Assembly (NCBI GenBank): GCA_900550545.1
Contig: URSS01000004.1
Span: 52,644-116,643, forward strand
DNA length: 64,000 nt
Source: an uncultured Lachnobacterium sp.
GTDB lineage: Bacteria; Bacillota; Clostridia; Lachnospirales; Lachnospiraceae
Reading direction: 5' to 3'
Numbering within the stretch: position 1 is the first letter of the stretch; each line of letters opens with the position of its first letter. The notes under the pieces are model-generated. The model had not been told where the DNA came from. It made no database searches and worked only from the letters and a program-made list of their open reading frames with translations. Shown here one piece after another: positions 60,601-64,000 of this stretch. The translations under genes were made by a program, and so were the position numbers.

Positions 60601-60760
60601 GCTTTCCGTTTGCAGTTGGTGGTCCGTCATAGAAGGTGTAAGTCTCTCCTTCCTTACGGTTCTCCATAGATTTCTTAAAAATGTCATTCTCACGCCAGAA
60701 TTTTTCAGTTTCTTTCTCGCGCTCGACAAAGTTCATGTTGGTATCAACTTTGTTATACAT
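57602..60760 (-). CDS. ileS: Isoleucine--tRNA ligase, type 2 (eukaryote-like, 1052 aa)
   Basis: HIGH region PTANGKPHIGHVLT; KMSKSKGN; RBS GGAGG; preceded by a T-box leader. Confidence 0.95.
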   Translation of the reverse strand: MYNKVDTNMNFVEREKETEKFWRENDIFKKSMENRKEGETYTFYDGPPTANGKPHIGHVLTRVIKDMIPRYQTMKGKYVPRKAGWDTHGLPVELEVEKMLGLNGKEQIEEYGMEPFIKKCKESVWKYKGMWEDFSGTVGFWADMDNPYVTYDDNFIESEWWALKTIWDKKLLYKGFKIVPYCPRCGTPLSSQEVAQGYKTVKERSAIVRFKVVGEDAYFLAWTTTPWTLPSNVALCVNPDDTYIKVKAVDGYTYYLAEALADKVLSPLAKEEGQKAYEVLETYKGKDLEYKEYEPLYDCAKTVADKQHKKGFFVTCDTYVTMTDGTGIVHIAPAFGEDDANVGRNYDLPFVQFVNGKGELTEETPFAGLFVKKADPEVLKDLDARGQLFDAPKFEHEYPHCWRCDTPLIYYARESWFIKMTEVRDELVANNKTVNWIPKSIGEGRFGNWLENIQDWGISRNRYWGTPLNIWECEGCGCQESIGSRAELAERSGNPDAAKVELHRPYIDQVTFKCNKCGGTMKRVPEVIDCWFDSGAMPFAQHHYPFENKDLFEQQFPAQFISEAVDQTRGWFYSLMAESTLLFNKAPYQNVIVLGHVQDENGQKMSKSKGNAVDPFDALEKYGADAIRWYFYINSAPWLPNRFHGKAVQEGQRKFMGTLWNTYAFFVLYANIDNFDATKYTLDYDKLSVMDKWLLSKLNSAVAAVDDNLGNYRIPEAARALEEFVDDMSNWYVRRSRERFWAKGMEQDKINAYMTLYTALVTICKAAAPMIPFMTEDIYRNLVCSIDPSAPESIHLCDFPKVDEKMIDKDLEKAMDEVLKIVVMGRACRNSANIKNRQPIGQMYVKAPEVLSDFYVNIIADELNVKKVTFTDDVSNYTDYQFKPQLRTVGPKYGKYLKQIQAALADLDGNKAMAELKANGCLKLDSVSDEVVLLEEDLLITMTQAEGFVTEGDNYVTVVMDTKLTPELIEEGFVRELISKIQTMRKEAGFEVMDHIAVSYTADEKVTGIFEKYGDEIRSEVLADKITAGTLTGYEKEWSINGEKVTLAVEKQ

Positions 60761-60765
60761 ATTTG

Positions 60766-61090
60766 CCTCCTGAAATACTAAAATCTAAAAAACCCCCGAC
60801 ATCCTTGTAATTAGGACGCGGGGGACACGTTATACCACCTGATTACCATGTACTTAAATCTCTGTCTGCCATACATACAAAAGATTTGCATACTTCGTTT
60901 CCGTAACGTGGAAAATACGTCGGACTCTACTCTCATCTTTACGATTTCGGTCCGCAACTCGGAAGTGATGTTCACTGTAAGATTACTTGTACCGGCTTCC
61001 ACCTGTCTGAAATTATCCTTGATAACTTCTCCGGCTCTCTGTGACGTTCACATTACAGTTACTGTCTTCGTCTTCGTTTTTTGCCTTTGT
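60766..61090 (-). promoter_or_regulatory. T-box riboswitch leader (probable Ile specifier) of ileS
   Basis: Minus strand: T-box sequence AATCAGGTGGTATAACGTG overlapping the 5' arm of terminator CCCCCGCG...CGGGGG + TTTTTT (60787-60826); upstream stem-I-like region with AGAGA and a loop containing AUC/AUU codons (GAAGTTATCAAGG). Confidence 0.65.
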
Positions 61091-61095
61091 ACTTA

Positions 61096-61124
61096 AGTAT
61101 AGTAAGGTTTTCTACAGATGTCAA
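61096..61124 (-). promoter_or_regulatory. Sigma-A promoter of the ileS T-box leader
   Basis: Minus strand TTGACA (61124-61119), 17-nt spacer, TATACT (61101-61096). Confidence 0.55.
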
Positions 61125-61147
61125 GTCAGATTTTCGGCGCTTTTACT

Positions 61148-61621
61148 TTAATTTCCCTGCGAACAGTTTGCTGCATCAATCGCAACGACAAGCATAAGAG
61201 CCGGAATTTCATCCTGCGGATTCATGATATCCAATACATAAGTGTCTCCCCAGTGGAACAATTCTTTTGAGATATGGACGACCGCAGTACATGCCGCATA
61301 GACATCATAATTCCAGTTCATAAAATCGCCTTCACATCGCCATCCATTATAATCGATTTCATACCGTGGTTTGAAAAAAGTGAATTCCTTCTGGATGCTT
61401 CCCATCTCCCTGCCACCAATCTCTATGTCAAAGCAAGGCAAAAGAGTAAACACTCTCTGCTTGATCATTCCGATTTCATTACCTGCTGCATCGTACACAT
61501 GAATCTGATGTCCAATACGAAACATTTCGGTTTTTACAAAATACTTTCGATTTTCATTTTCATCATATATATCATATGTATCTGTCCATGAAAACACTCT
61601 CTGCTTAATCAATAATTTCAT
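61148..61621 (-). CDS. LURP-one-related / YxjI (DUF567, tubby-like) family protein
   Basis: 157 aa; MKLLIKQRVFSWTDTYDIYDENEN...IGMIKQRVFTLLPCFDIE... pattern of the family. Confidence 0.6.
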   Translation of the reverse strand: MKLLIKQRVFSWTDTYDIYDENENRKYFVKTEMFRIGHQIHVYDAAGNEIGMIKQRVFTLLPCFDIEIGGREMGSIQKEFTFFKPRYEIDYNGWRCEGDFMNWNYDVYAACTAVVHISKELFHWGDTYVLDIMNPQDEIPALMLVVAIDAANCSQGN

Positions 61622-61802
61622 CGCTATCTCCTCATATATTTAGTTTTTATTAAATAATTATAATATCTGCACCAGATGAAAACAAGAGTATGAACTTTTT
61701 GTGTACTGCGAAAAATACACAATTACATAGGAAAATAACTCATAAATGATTTGAATCGGAGGCTATTATCTATGGGAAAAAATTAACAAACCGAAAATCA
61801 CA

Positions 61803-62231
61803 GTGGAAACTTTCAACCGTGCAATACATACTTACCAACAACTTGTTGCTTTACAAAACATGGAGATTCTTCAGGCTGTCGCTAAAGAAGAATCACACTT
61901 AAATCCACAAATGTTTGCAAAGCAATCGGATTCCTCACAGAGCAAAGTTTTTGTAAACCAGTGTCTTATGAAATTCCGCAAACATTTTCAATATGAAGAT
62001 GAAAATGTCTGTGACACTTTATTCACGTTAGCCTGCCAATGTGACTGTGTCGGCATGCTTCGCTTTTTAATGGAACAGCATAAAGCCGAGAAACGTTATG
62101 CCGAACTTGGCAGCTACTCTTTGGATATTTTAAAAACCATCAAAGATGTTCCTTCCGGCTCTCTGTCTTCAGACGATCTGGTCCGCCTTTACTTTTCTGC
62201 TGCTACCACTGATGATCATGAAAAGAAGTAG
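61803..62231 (+). CDS. Hypothetical protein (142 aa)
   Basis: Complete ORF, no motif recognised. Confidence 0.4.
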   Translation: METFNRAIHTYQQLVALQNMEILQAVAKEESHLNPQMFAKQSDSSQSKVFVNQCLMKFRKHFQYEDENVCDTLFTLACQCDCVGMLRFLMEQHKAEKRYAELGSYSLDILKTIKDVPSGSLSSDDLVRLYFSAATTDDHEKK

Positions 62232-62428
62232 GATTTGCTTTTTCTTCTGGTTCGGGAAAAATGATAACGATACAGTTTCTTCTACAGAATCCGTTGAGAA
62301 CACCCAAAAATAATTTCCAACATTTACATTTTATTTTACATACAAGTCTGATGATTTTTCATGCAACAAAATTCTCCGCAAATGACACTATAAAAATGAC
62401 AGAAAAATCATATAGGGAGGATTTGCTT

Positions 62429-62983
62429 ATGAAAAAATTATATGTTGCAGCTTTATTAACCATCAGCCTTCTATTGACCGCCTGTGGTGCATCCAATACA
62501 CCGGAAACAGAAAATGATCTGATAGCCCCCCCGATAGAAAAGACTTTGGATTCCACAGAAAGCCAAAATGATCCATTGGAGAAAATCACTCAATCCGGTC
62601 CTTGTGGAACCATCTGCCTGTCTCTTCCAAAAGGCTGGAGTTATATCATGCGAAATGTAGACGATGAGAAACTAACCACATGCGACTATGGTATTCAGAT
62701 TCGTCCTGACGATGCGAAAAGCGGCTATGTGGAAATTGGCTATTCTTCTACCTTTGGTCTGTGCGGAACAGGGCTTGAAACAAAATATGTTACCCTTTCC
62801 GGAAAAAGCGCAGAAGTATGTTACTATGATAAATCCCCGATCTGGAGTTTCGTGATTTTCGGTGACACGAATCATACACTGATTGCCTCGACAATTGACA
62901 CGGAAAGCTGGTGGGATACTTATGAAAATGAATTGATGTCAATTTTGGATTCGGTTCGTCTGGACAATACCAGTTGTTCCTGA
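62429..62983 (+). CDS. Lipoprotein (184 aa)
   Basis: Start MKKLYVAALLTISLLLTACG with RBS GGGAGG; lipobox LTAC. Confidence 0.6.
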   Translation: MKKLYVAALLTISLLLTACGASNTPETENDLIAPPIEKTLDSTESQNDPLEKITQSGPCGTICLSLPKGWSYIMRNVDDEKLTTCDYGIQIRPDDAKSGYVEIGYSSTFGLCGTGLETKYVTLSGKSAEVCYYDKSPIWSFVIFGDTNHTLIASTIDTESWWDTYENELMSILDSVRLDNTSCS

Positions 62984-63003
62984 GCTATTGGCATTTAATC
63001 ATT

Positions 63004-63046
63004 AAAAATCCCGCTTTTTTTCAAAAGCGGGATCTCTTTATTTCAT
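63004..63046. terminator. Bidirectional rho-independent terminator
   Basis: AAAAATCCCGCTTTTTTTCAAAAGCGGGAT + T-rich flank. Confidence 0.8.
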
Positions 63047-63053
63047 CTTTTTC

Positions 63054-63380
63054 TTATAATCCTAATACTCTTTTCTTTGCTGCAGCAAACTCATCTTCCG
63101 TGAGAATGCCATCATCCAGCATTTGTTTCAGTTTCATGATTTCTCTGGATGTGGAACTGTATTCTTCTTCCGGTCGTTCCATGCTTTCCTCACTTTTGAT
63201 GTAGCTGGCCTGAAATTCTGCGTTGATCTGGGAAATTTCTTTCTCACCTTTGATGTATGCATCATACATATCAAACAGATCAATTCCGCTTCCTTCCACA
63301 CAGTCATCCGGTTCCTGCCAGGAACGTATGAGTGCAATGCGTTCCTCTTTGGTTGTATCTTTAATCAAATATCCACTCAT
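63054..63380 (-). CDS. SHOCT-domain protein
   Basis: C-terminal LKQMLDDGILTEDEFAAAKKRVLG is the SHOCT motif; 108 aa. Confidence 0.65.
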   Translation of the reverse strand: MSGYLIKDTTKEERIALIRSWQEPDDCVEGSGIDLFDMYDAYIKGEKEISQINAEFQASYIKSEESMERPEEEYSSTSREIMKLKQMLDDGILTEDEFAAAKKRVLGL

Positions 63381-63411
63381 AAGTTATCCTTCCTAGTAAC
63401 CTTATCTCATA

Positions 63412-63942
63412 TTACATATAATCTTCATACTCGCTTGTATACTCATCCATGTACTCTTCGTAATATTTGTACAATGGTGAAGACGGATCCTCTAATTGTC
63501 CTGCAAGCGAAAATCCAAATACCCACATAAGCGTTGCGATCACAATAGAAATTCCGGCTGTCACAATACCTCCGATTGCGAGTCCTTTTCTCTTATTGGT
63601 AACAATCTGCACAATACCAAAGATAATTGCAAGAATCGCAAGAATATAGTTTACGCAACATGCAAACAGAAAGATGGATGCAATACCAAGAATCAGAGAG
63701 GCAATACCAAATCCGATGGAATCTCCTTTCTGTTTCTGGGTTGCCTGCCCGTATACCGGCTGCTGATAAGCATTTCCATTATAGTACTGCTGGTTATTAT
63801 ACCCGTTGGTATTATTGTATCCGTTCTGACCACTGTAGGTATTCGTGTTGTTATATGTCTGATTTCCATATCGCTGCTGACTGTTATACATATCCTGTCC
63901 GTACATATTGGCATCGCCATATCTCTGCTGGCTATTGTACAT
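63412..63942 (-). CDS. DUF4190-like membrane protein with Q/N/Y-rich low-complexity N-terminus
   Basis: Two TM helices (GFGIASLILGIASIFLF...ILAILAIIFGIVQIV); N-terminal tandem YNSQQRYG repeats; near the window edge. Confidence 0.5.
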   Translation of the reverse strand: MYNSQQRYGDANMYGQDMYNSQQRYGNQTYNNTNTYSGQNGYNNTNGYNNQQYYNGNAYQQPVYGQATQKQKGDSIGFGIASLILGIASIFLFACCVNYILAILAIIFGIVQIVTNKRKGLAIGGIVTAGISIVIATLMWVFGFSLAGQLEDPSSPLYKYYEEYMDEYTSEYEDYM

Positions 63943-64000
63943 GTCAGAACTTCCATAATTCTGATTGACAGTTTCTTCCTGCGATGCAGCTTTCTGATTA

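Overview
This 64-kb window reads as chromosomal DNA from a low-GC, spore-forming Firmicute, most likely Clostridia and Lachnospiraceae-like. It is almost entirely co-oriented on the minus strand and dominated by housekeeping genes. Recognisable genes, in order: a glycine-riboswitch-controlled Na+:alanine/glycine (AGCS) symporter; a MarR plus heterodimeric ABC exporter operon; a large secreted GH53 galactanase; a PAS/GAF-GGDEF cyclase; pyrC-pyrF-pyrK-pyrD; a secreted C1 peptidase; a lysine-riboswitch-controlled dapA-dapB; a CobO-like adenosyltransferase; typA; minCDE; hflX; a TPR lipoprotein; two glycogen phosphorylase paralogues plus an AraC regulator; a PAP2 phosphatase; a spoVA sporulation cluster split in two (spoVAA-AB-x-AC ... 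spoVAD-AEb) by about 7.3 kb carrying an Hpt protein, a permuted GH3 beta-glucosidase, an orphan 730-aa protein with a cNMP-binding-like N-terminus, trmO and apt; ThrE-family exporter halves; metY; a small alarmone synthetase; a TrmH methyltransferase; pfkA-dnaE; TraX; a T-box-controlled type-2 ileS; and a small accessory cluster (LURP-one, SHOCT, DUF4190). No rRNA, tRNA, CRISPR array, transposase or integrase was found. The unexplained signals worth follow-up are: (1) an approximately 480-bp palindromic element with 40-bp perfect inverted repeats and nested complementary blocks, immediately upstream of the ThrE-family exporter genes (the best candidate for something new); (2) a tandem array of ~50-bp units, each carrying an ATGTCCA-N16-TGGACAT palindrome, in a 1.1-kb gene-free region; (3) the orphan cNMP-binding-domain protein and Hpt protein embedded in the split spoVA cluster; (4) a 15-bp x4 in-frame repeat forming a (KIKDR)4 tail on MarR that overlaps the ABC start; (5) 28-bp direct repeats flanking a hairpin between the orphan protein gene and trmO. 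All calls rest on motif recognition by eye; nothing was searched against a database.
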